Source: a virus (Duplodnaviria > Heunggongvirae > Uroviricota > Caudoviricetes). Taken from it: a stretch of DNA of 64,000 bases. The DNA lies in IMG/VR virus record IMGVR_UViG_3300005337_000004, positions 60,745-124,744 of that record. One strand, written 5' to 3'. The notes below the pieces were generated by a model. The model saw nothing but the letters and a program-made list of their open reading frames with translations. It made no database searches and was not told the origin of the DNA. Shown here piece by piece: positions 1-9,055 of this stretch. Position numbers and translations under genes: made by a program. Within the stretch, counting starts at the first letter, position 1. Each line of letters begins with the position of its first letter.

Positions 1-1
1 C

Positions 2-229
2 GTGACGGTGAAAATCCAGGACTCGGCAGACAACAGCAGCTTTGCTGACGTGACCGGGCTTGCGTTCACTGCGACTACCGCTGCGCACACTACGCAGCGA
101 ATCGCCACGGCGAACAACGCGACGATCCGTCGCTACCTGCGCGTGGCCACCACCACCTCCGGCGGGTTCACGAGTGCGACTTTCGCCGTGATGCTCACCC
201 GTAACCAAGTTGCCGGGCAGGTCTTCTGA
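2..229 (+). CDS. phage structural protein, C-terminal fragment (5' end lies outside window)
   Basis: ORF is open to the window edge and on the same strand and operon as the tail genes. No recognisable motif. Confidence 0.3.
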   Translation: MTVKIQDSADNSSFADVTGLAFTATTAAHTTQRIATANNATIRRYLRVATTTSGGFTSATFAVMLTRNQVAGQVF

Positions 230-681
230 TGACGGTTTCCAGCCCAGAAGGCCAGCGCCTACCGGCCGCCGGGCCGATCGGCGCCTACCAGACATTCCAG
301 ATCGCGGTGCCTCTGGAAACCCACTGGCGCCCCGCTACCTGCGAAGAGGTCGGCTGCGAGCAGTTCCTGAACGGGTGGCGCGTGCGCGTTCAGGGGCTGG
401 CCGAGGCTGACGTGTATGCCATCGCCAATTCCGGTCGCAAGTTCGCCCGACTCGACGTCGCCGAGAACGAGACGTGGCTGATGTTCGAACCGGGGCAGTC
501 CTGCTTCCGAGTCTCGGAGCACAGGCTTCCGCTGGGCCGGCCAGAGTTGTTCGTGGTCCGTGACGGTGACTGGCGGGGCAACCCGACCGGCCACGTGTAC
601 CAACACAAGCGCGCCGAGGACTGGGTGGATCACTTCGCCACCAACCAGGACAAGATCGCCGAGGCCGTCGAGCGCGGCTAG
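229..681 (+). CDS. hypothetical structural protein (neck / tail-terminator position)
   Basis: 150-aa ORF whose start overlaps the upstream stop (ATGA). It immediately precedes the putative major tail gene. Positional call only. Confidence 0.35.
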   Translation: MTVSSPEGQRLPAAGPIGAYQTFQIAVPLETHWRPATCEEVGCEQFLNGWRVRVQGLAEADVYAIANSGRKFARLDVAENETWLMFEPGQSCFRVSEHRLPLGRPELFVVRDGDWRGNPTGHVYQHKRAEDWVDHFATNQDKIAEAVERG

Positions 682-753
682 GCCGCCCCTCTCCCACATT
701 TCTAGACGCCGTCCGGGTTTCCGGGCGGCGTTTCTGTTTCCCGAAGAAGGTGA

Positions 754-1167
754 ATGATCTTGGCCAAGACCTCGGGCCTGGCGTGGAGCGTACTTACTGT
801 CGCAGACGCTGCCGCAACGCCCCAAGATATCCGAAATGATGTCACCAACTTCCAATTCGCGACGCCTCGTGCCGTTCAGGACATTACCGGCATCGACAAG
901 TCCGCGAACGAGCGGCTTCTGCTGCTCGCCGACTTCACCATCACCCTGAACGGGGTCTTCAACCCGGCCAGCAACATGAGCCACGACGTCTTCAAGACGA
1001 TCCCGTCGACCAGCGTCAACCGTGCGGTGGCGATGACGGTGGCCGCGAAAAGCCTGTCGGCGAACGTCGTGCTAACCGACTACCCGCTCACTCGCGCGAC
1101 CGGCGGCGCCCTGACCTGGGCCGTTCCTGGATCTCTTGCCGACGGCGCAGTCCCTACGTGGTCGTAG
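754..1167 (+). CDS. putative major tail protein
   Basis: 137-aa ORF directly upstream of the chaperone pair and tape measure gene, matching the canonical MTP-G/GT-TMP order. No motif-level support. Confidence 0.4.
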   Translation: MILAKTSGLAWSVLTVADAAATPQDIRNDVTNFQFATPRAVQDITGIDKSANERLLLLADFTITLNGVFNPASNMSHDVFKTIPSTSVNRAVAMTVAAKSLSANVVLTDYPLTRATGGALTWAVPGSLADGAVPTWS

Positions 1168-1601
1168 GAGTAGGCATGTCGAAGGGCTTCAAGGTCCCGA
1201 AGACCACCTACCGCCTCGACTTCGAGGGCACCGAGCTTAACGGGCTCGAAGTTCGCATGACCGGCGGCAAGCTTCGAGACGTCTTCGCCGTCGCCCATCT
1301 CCACGGCGTCACAGACGAGAACGCGACGCCAGAAGACATCGAACTTGCCATGTCGCAGTACCAAGACCTGGCCGACCACATCGTCAGCTGGAACCTCGAG
1401 GACGACAACGACCAACCCGTCGCGCCGAACCTTGAAGGGCTGAAGTCGCTGGAGATCCGGCACATTCAAATGATCGCCGCCGCCTGGCAGAAAGCGCAGG
1501 TCGACATCGCCAGCCCTTTGCCGCACGCCTCCAACAGTTCGTCGACTACGGATTTGTCGATGATCCGGATGGAGGCGATCCCGGAGCGCCTCGCGAGCTG
1601 A
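1158..1601 (+). CDS. tail assembly chaperone (gpG-like)
   Basis: 147-aa acidic ORF between the putative MTP and TMP. It is followed by an overlapping -1 frame ORF that is stop-free from 1436 to 1738. Confidence 0.6.
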   Translation: MVVGVGMSKGFKVPKTTYRLDFEGTELNGLEVRMTGGKLRDVFAVAHLHGVTDENATPEDIELAMSQYQDLADHIVSWNLEDDNDQPVAPNLEGLKSLEIRHIQMIAAAWQKAQVDIASPLPHASNSSSTTDLSMIRMEAIPERLAS

Positions 1602-1738
1602 CGCAGGCTAGGGCCATCTGCGGGTTGCTACGGGAGTTCCCCGGCTACACGTACTCGTCGCTGATGGACGAGGACCCGGAGTTCCTGCGCCTGGTGAAGA
1701 TCGAGGCGATGTGCAAGCGGTCCGAAGCTGAGAGCTGA
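1158..1738 (+). CDS. tail assembly chaperone, predicted -1 programmed-frameshift extended isoform (gpGT-like)
   Basis: The -1 frame is open from 1436 to the TGA at 1736-1738 and encodes ...LREFPGYTYSSLMDEDPEFLRLVKIEAMCKRSEAES. A candidate slippery heptamer CCCTTTG lies at 1514-1520. The G/GT architecture upstream of the TMP is conserved in siphoviruses. Confidence 0.4.
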
Positions 1739-1750
1739 CACCCGAGAGGG

Positions 1751-4700
1751 GTGGCGGCGATCAGCAATGAGATCGAAATTGTCGTCAAGGTCAAGGACCA
1801 GGCGACCGCTGAGATCGCGGCCATCGCGGCAAAGGCCCGTGCGGAGGCCCAAAGCGGCGGGAACGCCGGTGGCGCAGCCATCCAGGTCCCGATTGAGGGT
1901 GACGCTTCCAGGCTTGAGCGGGATCTTGCCTCGGCGCTCAAGGCCGACAAGGGCAGCCCGATCACGGTCCCGGTCGAGGCTGATGCCAGCGAACTCGAGC
2001 AGGACGTAAAGAACGACGTCGAACACGTCGCGCCCGAACCGATCAAGGCGCCGATCGAAGGCGACGCAGCCAAGCTCGAGGCTGAAGTTGCGGCCAAGAC
2101 CAAGGCGGTGAAGCCCAACCCGATCAAAGTCCCGGTCGAGGTCGACGCCGACAAGTTCGAGGCTGAACTCCTTGCATCCTTTGCAGAGGGCGAGAAGCAC
2201 GCCGAAGAAGCCAGCAAGGCGATGAACCAGTCGTTCACCGCGATGCAGACCGGGATACGAGCTCTGCGGGCGGCTTCCGAGGAACTCAAGCCAGCAGCTG
2301 AGGCCGCGGACGACTTCGAGACCGAGTTCCGCAAGGCGATGGACGAAGGCGCCCGGGTCTCCGAGGATGCCGACCGGGCGCTTCGGCAGTCTTTCACGTC
2401 GATGGAGTCCGGGTCACGGGCTCTACGAGCGGCGGTATCCGATCTTGAGCCGCCGCTCGACAATGCCGGGAAGAAGGCCGCTGAATCCAGCAACGGATTC
2501 AGTCTCGCATCTCTGAAGATGGCCGGGCTCATCGCCGGAGCACTTTCGCTCGCGCCGGCGCTGGCAGCCATCCCCGCAGTCACGGCCGCCGTGGTCGTCG
2601 GTGCCGGCGCGATGACGCTGGGTTTCGGCGGCGTGGTTTCGGCGCTGAAGGACTACGGCCAGCAGTCCACCGCAAGCGGCCAGTCCGGTGCGCAACTCGC
2701 ACAAACGGCATTCTCCAACGCGGTCGCTATCCGCAACGCGGAGCAGGCGATCACGGACGCGAAGAAGCAGGCCGCGAGGGCTGCGCAGTCCTCCGCGGAC
2801 CAGATCTACTCGGCACAGGAACGCGTCGCCCAGTCCGCATACAGCCTGCAGCAGGCCAACCAGACCCTCACCGACTCTGAGAAGTCGTTGATGGACGCAC
2901 AGAAGGCCTTGACCCAGGCGCAGCTGGACGCGGCGAACCAGCAGAAGGATCTGAACAACAGCGCCGCGGACGCGAACATCGCAGTCCAGCAGGCCGAGCT
3001 GAATCTCACACAGGCCCGCGAGAAGCTCGCACAGACCACGAGCAGCAGCCTGTCGACGGACGACCAGAAGAAGCAGGCCGCGCTCGATCTGGCGTCCGCC
3101 CAGCAGGCACTGATTGATGCGCAGCAGCACCAGGTTGAGGCGCAGCAACAGGCCGACGCGGCTAACAAATCGGGCATCGACGGCATGCAGGCTGTCGTCT
3201 CGGCGCAGAACGCCGTACAGAAGGCCACCGAAGGTGTCGCCTCAGCGCAGCACGGCGTGAAGGACGCGGCACTGGCGCAGAAGGACGCGCAAACCGGCCT
3301 CGCTCGCGCAGTGCAGGCCGCGGCGCAGCAGCAGGCAGATTCGGCCGAGGCTGTCCAAAAGGCTGTCCAAAACCTCAAGGACACGCAAACGGAGCAGGCG
3401 CTGGCTGCTGCAGCGGCAGCGTCGACCGGTGGCGCGGCGGTTAACAAGTTCGCGCAGGATATGGCCAATTTAACGCCCGCCGGCCGTGCTTTTGTTAATC
3501 AGTTGCTGTCCATGAAGGGCGGCTTCGCGCAGCTGAAGGACACGGCTCAGACATCGATCCTGCCGGGTTTCATGCCGCTGCTGGCCGGGATCAGTGCTGC
3601 GATGCCCGGGATCAACACCGCGATCGGGCAGATGGGCAAGCTGATTGGCGGCGTTGCGACGCAGTTCGGGCAGTTGCTTCAGGACCCTGCGTTCCGCGGC
3701 AAGTTGGGTCAGATCTTCGACGACGGGCTGAAGGCGGCGCAGATCTTCTCCAGCGGCGTTGTGCCGATGGTCCAGGCCGTCGTAGATGCGGTACAGAATG
3801 CCGGCCCGATCGTGGAGGGGCTGGCCGGCGGATTTAAGGCGTTGATGACGTCCGGCATCCCGTCGCTTCTGCAGAACCTGGTAACCAGCGGTCAGGGAGC
3901 GGGGACGCTGTTTCAAAGCTTGGGGACGTTGATCTCCAACCTGGCCGGCCCGGTCGGCACTATCGCTGGCGCGCTTGCAACAGCACTGGCGCCAGCGGCT
4001 CAGGTTTTGGCGTCGCCGCAGGTTGCGCAGGCGTTGCAGTCGGTCGGCGCATCCCTTGCCAAGATCGTCATCACTTTGTCGCCGGTGATTACGATGCTTG
4101 CGCAGGGTCTCGCGGGGGCTCTGATGCTTGTGGCGCCGCTGCTGCAGTCTGTTGCCGACTTCATCCAGCGCAATCAGGCATGGCTAGTGCCGTTGGTGAA
4201 GGTTCTTACCCTGGCAGCCCTTGCCTTTCTGGCCCTGCAGAGCCCAGTCGTGCTGATCACGGGCGCGCTGATCGGAGTGGCGCTCGGAGTCAAGTACGTG
4301 TGGGACCACTTCGATGCCTTCCTCGGGTTCGTGAAGACGTGGTGGCCGGAACTGCTCGCACCGTTCACTCTCGGAACGTCCCTGATCATCGGCCACTGGA
4401 ACGACATCGTCGGCTTCGTCAAGCTCCTGCCGGGGCGCCTGCTGTCGGCGGGCGGCCACATGTGGGACTGGATCAAGGACAAGATCAACGATGCCTACGG
4501 ATGGGTGGGCCAGCAAGCCGATAGCCTGGTCAGGCTGGTCGAGGGCCTGCCTGGGCGCGCGGCCAGGGCTGGCTCGGGGCTTTGGGCCTGGGTGAAGCAG
4601 GAATTTCTCGTCGCCCTTAACGGCATCGCCGGGGCCTGGAACTCCTTGCACTTCTCGACGCCGAGCTTCCACATCCCGATCCCGTTCACTGACGGCATCA

Positions 4701-5035
4701 ACGTCGACTCCGTCACTGTCGGCGTTCCGTCGATCGGTCCGTTCAGGGCGATCGGCGGACCCCTCGGTAGGGGCGGTTTGGCTGCGGTCATCGGCGACGG
4801 CGGCTGGGAGCCGCTGCGCCTGCCGGACGGCACAACCGTGATTCCCCACGCCAACGCGCAGGCAATGGCCAGTTCGGGCGCTCTGGCCTCAGGCGCGACC
4901 GGCGTGGCGCTCCTCGTCGAGTGGGTCGGCGGCAACGCTGGCGACGAATTCCTGACGTGGCTGCGCAAGAACATCCGCATTCGCTATGGGTCTGACCCCC
5001 ATTCGGTTCAGAAGATGCTCGGGCAAAGCTTCTAG
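1751..5035 (+). CDS. tape measure protein
   Basis: 1094 aa. The N-terminal half is Ala/Gln/Glu-rich and coiled-coil, the middle has hydrophobic transmembrane-like segments, and the position follows the chaperones. This is the hallmark TMP organisation. Confidence 0.85.
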   Translation: MAAISNEIEIVVKVKDQATAEIAAIAAKARAEAQSGGNAGGAAIQVPIEGDASRLERDLASALKADKGSPITVPVEADASELEQDVKNDVEHVAPEPIKAPIEGDAAKLEAEVAAKTKAVKPNPIKVPVEVDADKFEAELLASFAEGEKHAEEASKAMNQSFTAMQTGIRALRAASEELKPAAEAADDFETEFRKAMDEGARVSEDADRALRQSFTSMESGSRALRAAVSDLEPPLDNAGKKAAESSNGFSLASLKMAGLIAGALSLAPALAAIPAVTAAVVVGAGAMTLGFGGVVSALKDYGQQSTASGQSGAQLAQTAFSNAVAIRNAEQAITDAKKQAARAAQSSADQIYSAQERVAQSAYSLQQANQTLTDSEKSLMDAQKALTQAQLDAANQQKDLNNSAADANIAVQQAELNLTQAREKLAQTTSSSLSTDDQKKQAALDLASAQQALIDAQQHQVEAQQQADAANKSGIDGMQAVVSAQNAVQKATEGVASAQHGVKDAALAQKDAQTGLARAVQAAAQQQADSAEAVQKAVQNLKDTQTEQALAAAAAASTGGAAVNKFAQDMANLTPAGRAFVNQLLSMKGGFAQLKDTAQTSILPGFMPLLAGISAAMPGINTAIGQMGKLIGGVATQFGQLLQDPAFRGKLGQIFDDGLKAAQIFSSGVVPMVQAVVDAVQNAGPIVEGLAGGFKALMTSGIPSLLQNLVTSGQGAGTLFQSLGTLISNLAGPVGTIAGALATALAPAAQVLASPQVAQALQSVGASLAKIVITLSPVITMLAQGLAGALMLVAPLLQSVADFIQRNQAWLVPLVKVLTLAALAFLALQSPVVLITGALIGVALGVKYVWDHFDAFLGFVKTWWPELLAPFTLGTSLIIGHWNDIVGFVKLLPGRLLSAGGHMWDWIKDKINDAYGWVGQQADSLVRLVEGLPGRAARAGSGLWAWVKQEFLVALNGIAGAWNSLHFSTPSFHIPIPFTDGINVDSVTVGVPSIGPFRAIGGPLGRGGLAAVIGDGGWEPLRLPDGTTVIPHANAQAMASSGALASGATGVALLVEWVGGNAGDEFLTWLRKNIRIRYGSDPHSVQKMLGQSF

Positions 5036-5061
5036 TTATGCCGTCTAAGCCAGATTGGTAA

Positions 5062-5577
5062 GTGATCACCATCCATCGGTATAAGACGTTCAACTCGCCC
5101 ATGGTGACCACTGCGGCGCCCACGCCAGTCACTACGGGCACGACCATCAAAACAATGCTTCAGTTGGCGACGCCGTCAACACGGCAGTGCCAACTCATTT
5201 CGTGGGGCTATTCCATGTCGGCCGTGCCCGGGTCAACTGGTGGCGTCATTGAACTCATCCAGACCGACGTTGCCGCGACCGTCACCGCACACGTGGCATC
5301 GGGCGTTGTGCCGCTGGACCCAAATGCACCAGCATCACTGATGACCCTGGGAACATCAGCGACCGGCTATACCGCCACGGCTGAAAACTCGACGACGGCC
5401 ACGCGCCTACTCGATTTCGATCAGATTCCACCGACGGCGGGTACGGTGCCAACCACGTTCGACTACCAATGGGTACTCGACGAACGCCCCATCATTGCAG
5501 TGTCAAAGTTCCTTCGCGTCAGGGTGACATTTGCGGCGGCCGTGAACATGACGTGCTGGCTCTGCTGGGACGAATAA
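5062..5577 (+). CDS. hypothetical Thr-rich protein (within lower-GC insertion)
   Basis: 171-aa ORF. Local GC is about 55% against about 68% in the flanks. No recognisable domain. Confidence 0.3.
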   Translation: MITIHRYKTFNSPMVTTAAPTPVTTGTTIKTMLQLATPSTRQCQLISWGYSMSAVPGSTGGVIELIQTDVAATVTAHVASGVVPLDPNAPASLMTLGTSATGYTATAENSTTATRLLDFDQIPPTAGTVPTTFDYQWVLDERPIIAVSKFLRVRVTFAAAVNMTCWLCWDE

Positions 5578-5599
5578 TCTGATAGCCACCTGCTAGGCT

Positions 5600-6244
5600 A
5601 TGTTCATGGCCGTCCGCATTGGCGAGGAGTACGAACGTTGGACCGTTGTCGAGATCATCTCCAGCAAAGTAGCGAGATGTCGATGTGACTGTGGCACCGA
5701 ACGGTCCGTGCGTGTTGGCAACCTACGCCAGGGCAAATCGCGATCTTGCGGATGCCTTCAACGTAACGTAGCCATCGCACCCGGGGACCGCTTTGGCCGC
5801 CTGACCGTACTTGATACCCCCGCCAGATCGGCAATCAAGTGCCGATGCGATTGTGGCACTGAAATCAACGCCAAGGCTATTCACCTGGTGGCGAAGGCGG
5901 TGCTCTCCTGCGGGTGCCTCCGGCGTGAAACTACTAGCAGCAGAGGGAAAAAGAACCGCACCCACGGCCTTTCAAGTCACGAGCTGTATGGCACCTGGAC
6001 GCGCATGGTTGCCCGTTGCACCAATCCAACCAGTCGGGACTACCACTGCTACGGCGGTCGCGGCATACAGGTGTACGGGCCATGGCTTCAGGTTGCGGTG
6101 TTCATCCCAGAAATTGTTTCCCTCATCGGAGAGCGCCCTAAGGGCCTGACCCTCGACCGCATCGACGTCAACGGCAACTACGAGCCGGGAAACGTGCGGT
6201 GGGCAACACGGCTCGAGCAGAGCCAAAACCGGCGCCCGAGGTAG
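5600..6244 (+). CDS. HNH_3-family homing-endonuclease-like protein with repeated CxCDCGTE zinc-ribbon units
   Basis: The C-terminus has ...DRIDVNGNYEPGNVRWATRLEQSQNRR, which matches the HNH_3 signature (DHIDGN...NLRWvT..eN) but with Arg in place of His. It is preceded by a YGGRGIQV element. Two CRCDCGTE repeats are present. The segment has lower GC. Confidence 0.55.
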   Translation: MFMAVRIGEEYERWTVVEIISSKVARCRCDCGTERSVRVGNLRQGKSRSCGCLQRNVAIAPGDRFGRLTVLDTPARSAIKCRCDCGTEINAKAIHLVAKAVLSCGCLRRETTSSRGKKNRTHGLSSHELYGTWTRMVARCTNPTSRDYHCYGGRGIQVYGPWLQVAVFIPEIVSLIGERPKGLTLDRIDVNGNYEPGNVRWATRLEQSQNRRPR

Positions 6245-6265
6245 CCGAAGCACAACGGGGGTGCT

Positions 6266-8557
6266 GTGACCAACACCGCAGCACATTTGTCATCATGGGG
6301 TTCGCGGTGGCGACGTAACACCCCGAGCCCCATGAACCCGGCCGGCCAGCCATTCGACACCGGCCCGGCCGGACCAATCGGGCTCACCGTCGAGATCTGC
6401 TTCGACCCGATCTACGAGGTGTGGACGGACATCTCGCGGTACGTCTACTACCGCGACAAGATCCAGGTCACTCGGGGTCGATCCGACGAGACGACGCAGC
6501 CCCAGCCGCAGTCCGCCGCCTTGACGCTGAACAACAGGGACGGGCGTTTCTCCCCCCGCAACGCTGCCGGCTTCTGGTACGGCCTGATCGGACGCAACAC
6601 CCCGATCCGCATCTCGCGAAAAGTCAACGGATCCGACATCCCCTACTACCGGTTCTGGGGCGAAGTACCGTCCTGGCCCACCACAACCGAAATCTCCGGC
6701 ACCGACGTCCACACTCCGATCCAGGCCTCCGGGGTCTTGCGCCGGCTCAACCAGGGCAGTCCCACCGCATACTCGGCGTTCTACCGCTCCGTCAGTCTCG
6801 GAATCGGCATCTCGAACTGCTTGGCATATTGGCCGTGCGAGGACGGAGCGAACTCCACGTCGCTGGCGTCGATACCTGTGTTCGTCAGCCCGGCAACAGG
6901 TCCAATGGTCCTGTCGGGGCAGACGCTTCCACAGCTCGCGTCGTTCAGCGGCTTCATCTGCTCCAGTCCGCTTCCGCTGCTCTCGGGCAGTACGTGGACC
7001 GGTGCCATTCCAGCGGACACCATCGGCGGTGCCGCTAACCCCGCTAACGTGCTGCGTTTCCTGTTGGGTGTCCCCAGCACCGGCGCCTACGACACGGCTG
7101 TCGTTGCGCGCCTGTTCACCACGGGCACGGTTGCGCGCCTGGACGTGCAGTACGGGGTCCTCAACAACGGATCGCTCCAACTCGCCGGATACGACAAGTC
7201 CGGTACTCAGCTGTTTGCCACCGGCTACGGATTCACAAGCCTCGACAACACTCCGATCCGCGTATCCATGGAGATGGTGCAGTCAGGATCGACCGTGGTC
7301 TGCAGCCTCGTCATTCTCGCGGTGGGGGCCACCGGCGGTACCTTCATGCAGCACACCGTTACCGGGGCAACGCTCGGGGCGGCCACCGGCGTCGTCATCA
7401 ACCCCGACGGCCACCTCAACGACACCGCGGTAGGGCACATCACCTACCAGGACGACTATGAATCGCTGTTCAACCTGTCGAGCGCCCTCAATGCTCAACT
7501 CGGCGATTCCCCGTTCGACCGGTTCGCGCTTCTGTGCTTTGAAGAGCCTGGGGTCTTCGCCTCAACCGATTTCGACAGCGTCTTCTCCGACACCACCGTC
7601 ACCATGGGCTACCAACTGCCTGATGCGTTCCCGGCGCTGGTCCAAGAGGTTATGGATACTGACGGCGGCATCCTGCTGGAGGCTCGGGATCAGAACCAGC
7701 TGCTGATGCGCCAGCGGGTTTCGATGTACAACCAGACGCCGAAGCTCACGCTGGACTTGGCGCAACATCAGCTTTCCGCGCCGCTCGCGCCCGAGGACGA
7801 TGACCGCTTCACCCGGAACCTGATCACGGTCACCAGAGTTAACGGGTCCTCCTATCGGACGTCGCTTACGTCGGGCGCACTGTCTACGGCAACTCCGCCC
7901 AGCGGCGTGGGGACCTACGAAAGCACCATCTCCCTGTCACTCGGCACTGACGCGCAGACCATCGACCAGGCCGGCTGGCGGCTGATGATCGGCACCACCG
8001 ACCGGGAACGGTACCCGCAGATATCGTTGAACCTGCGCCACCCGACGTTCACCTCCAACCCAACACTGACGCAGGCAGTCCTGAACGTCGAAGTCGGCGA
8101 CACCATCCAGTTGGTGAACCTGCCCTCGTGGCTCCCAGCGGACCCGGCGCTGCTGATCGTGCAGGGCTACAGCGAAACCCTCGGCATCTACGAGCACGAC
8201 ATCACCTTCAACTGCTCGCCGGCGGATCCGTACCAGATCGCGATCCTGGAGGACCCCGTGCTCGGGCACGCCGACACCGACGGATCTCTGCTCGCGCACA
8301 CCTATCCACTCGGCACCGAAACCACCATCCAAGTGGTGACAACCGGCGCCGCAACCGGGTCGCCGCTGTGGACCACCAACGCCGGCGATTTTCCGTTCGA
8401 CATCGCAGTCGGCGGCGAGCGCATGACCGTCACGAACATCACCGGGTCGTCGAGCCCCCAGACGTTCACGGTGACACGTTCAGTAAACGGTGTCGTCAAG
8501 AGCCAGGCAGTGGCGACCGATGTCCGGCTATGGCAGCCGATGGTCCTGAGTTTGTAA
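6266..8557 (+). CDS. minor tail protein (large, distal tail/baseplate-type)
   Basis: 763-aa ORF immediately after the TMP and HNH insertion, Gly/Thr/Ser-rich. Positional call. Confidence 0.55.
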   Translation: MTNTAAHLSSWGSRWRRNTPSPMNPAGQPFDTGPAGPIGLTVEICFDPIYEVWTDISRYVYYRDKIQVTRGRSDETTQPQPQSAALTLNNRDGRFSPRNAAGFWYGLIGRNTPIRISRKVNGSDIPYYRFWGEVPSWPTTTEISGTDVHTPIQASGVLRRLNQGSPTAYSAFYRSVSLGIGISNCLAYWPCEDGANSTSLASIPVFVSPATGPMVLSGQTLPQLASFSGFICSSPLPLLSGSTWTGAIPADTIGGAANPANVLRFLLGVPSTGAYDTAVVARLFTTGTVARLDVQYGVLNNGSLQLAGYDKSGTQLFATGYGFTSLDNTPIRVSMEMVQSGSTVVCSLVILAVGATGGTFMQHTVTGATLGAATGVVINPDGHLNDTAVGHITYQDDYESLFNLSSALNAQLGDSPFDRFALLCFEEPGVFASTDFDSVFSDTTVTMGYQLPDAFPALVQEVMDTDGGILLEARDQNQLLMRQRVSMYNQTPKLTLDLAQHQLSAPLAPEDDDRFTRNLITVTRVNGSSYRTSLTSGALSTATPPSGVGTYESTISLSLGTDAQTIDQAGWRLMIGTTDRERYPQISLNLRHPTFTSNPTLTQAVLNVEVGDTIQLVNLPSWLPADPALLIVQGYSETLGIYEHDITFNCSPADPYQIAILEDPVLGHADTDGSLLAHTYPLGTETTIQVVTTGAATGSPLWTTNAGDFPFDIAVGGERMTVTNITGSSSPQTFTVTRSVNGVVKSQAVATDVRLWQPMVLSL

Positions 8558-8569
8558 CGGAGGACCAAC

Positions 8570-9055
8570 TTGGGCATCCCTTTCGCCGCAGGTCAGCGCA
8601 TCCTGGCGTCAGATCTGAACCTGGCAACGCAGCAGGCGGCATGGACTTCGTACACGCCAGCATGGACGTCCAACGGCACGGCTCCCGCGCTCGGCAACGG
8701 CACGGTCGTCGGCTACTACGCAAAGGTCGGGCGCCTGGTCACCGCCAAGATTGAAATGAACTCAGGGTCGACGACCACCTTCGGTACCGGCTACTACTCG
8801 TGGTCGCTGCCGTTCACCGCGGCGGTAACCAGCGTCCCGACGAACCAGTTCGCACACTCGGGATCGATAGCCCTGTCGACTTCTGGCTCGGCCGTTTTCT
8901 ACACATCCACGGCTTTCATCAGTCAAGGTTCGCCGGCGGTCGTCAATGGCCTGGTTAACGGCTCTGGCAACTTCCTTGGCGCTACGAATCCGGCGACGTT
9001 CTCCGGCTCGGGGGTGCAGTTCTGCATCACCATCACCTACGAATCGACGTCCTAA
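8570..9055 (+). CDS. minor tail protein
   Basis: 161-aa Ser/Thr/Gly-rich ORF in the tail operon. Its stop overlaps the next start (TAATG). Confidence 0.4.
   Translation: MGIPFAAGQRILASDLNLATQQAAWTSYTPAWTSNGTAPALGNGTVVGYYAKVGRLVTAKIEMNSGSTTTFGTGYYSWSLPFTAAVTSVPTNQFAHSGSIALSTSGSAVFYTSTAFISQGSPAVVNGLVNGSGNFLGATNPATFSGSGVQFCITITYESTS

Noticed and set aside
1645-2583. Long minus-strand and alternate-frame ORFs overlapping the tape measure gene and many other regions (e.g. 30443..31942 +, 43432..44652 -, 45633..46883 -, 22872..23615 -)
   Set aside because: These are high-GC shadow ORFs with Arg/Ala/Pro-biased composition and no RBS or coupling signals. They conflict with well-supported genes on the opposite strand or in another frame.
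5062-5577. Assignment of the 171-aa Thr-rich ORF as a tail fibre/minor tail protein
   Set aside because: It lies in a compositionally distinct (lower-GC) insertion together with the HNH-like gene, and no structural motif is recognised. It is kept as hypothetical only.
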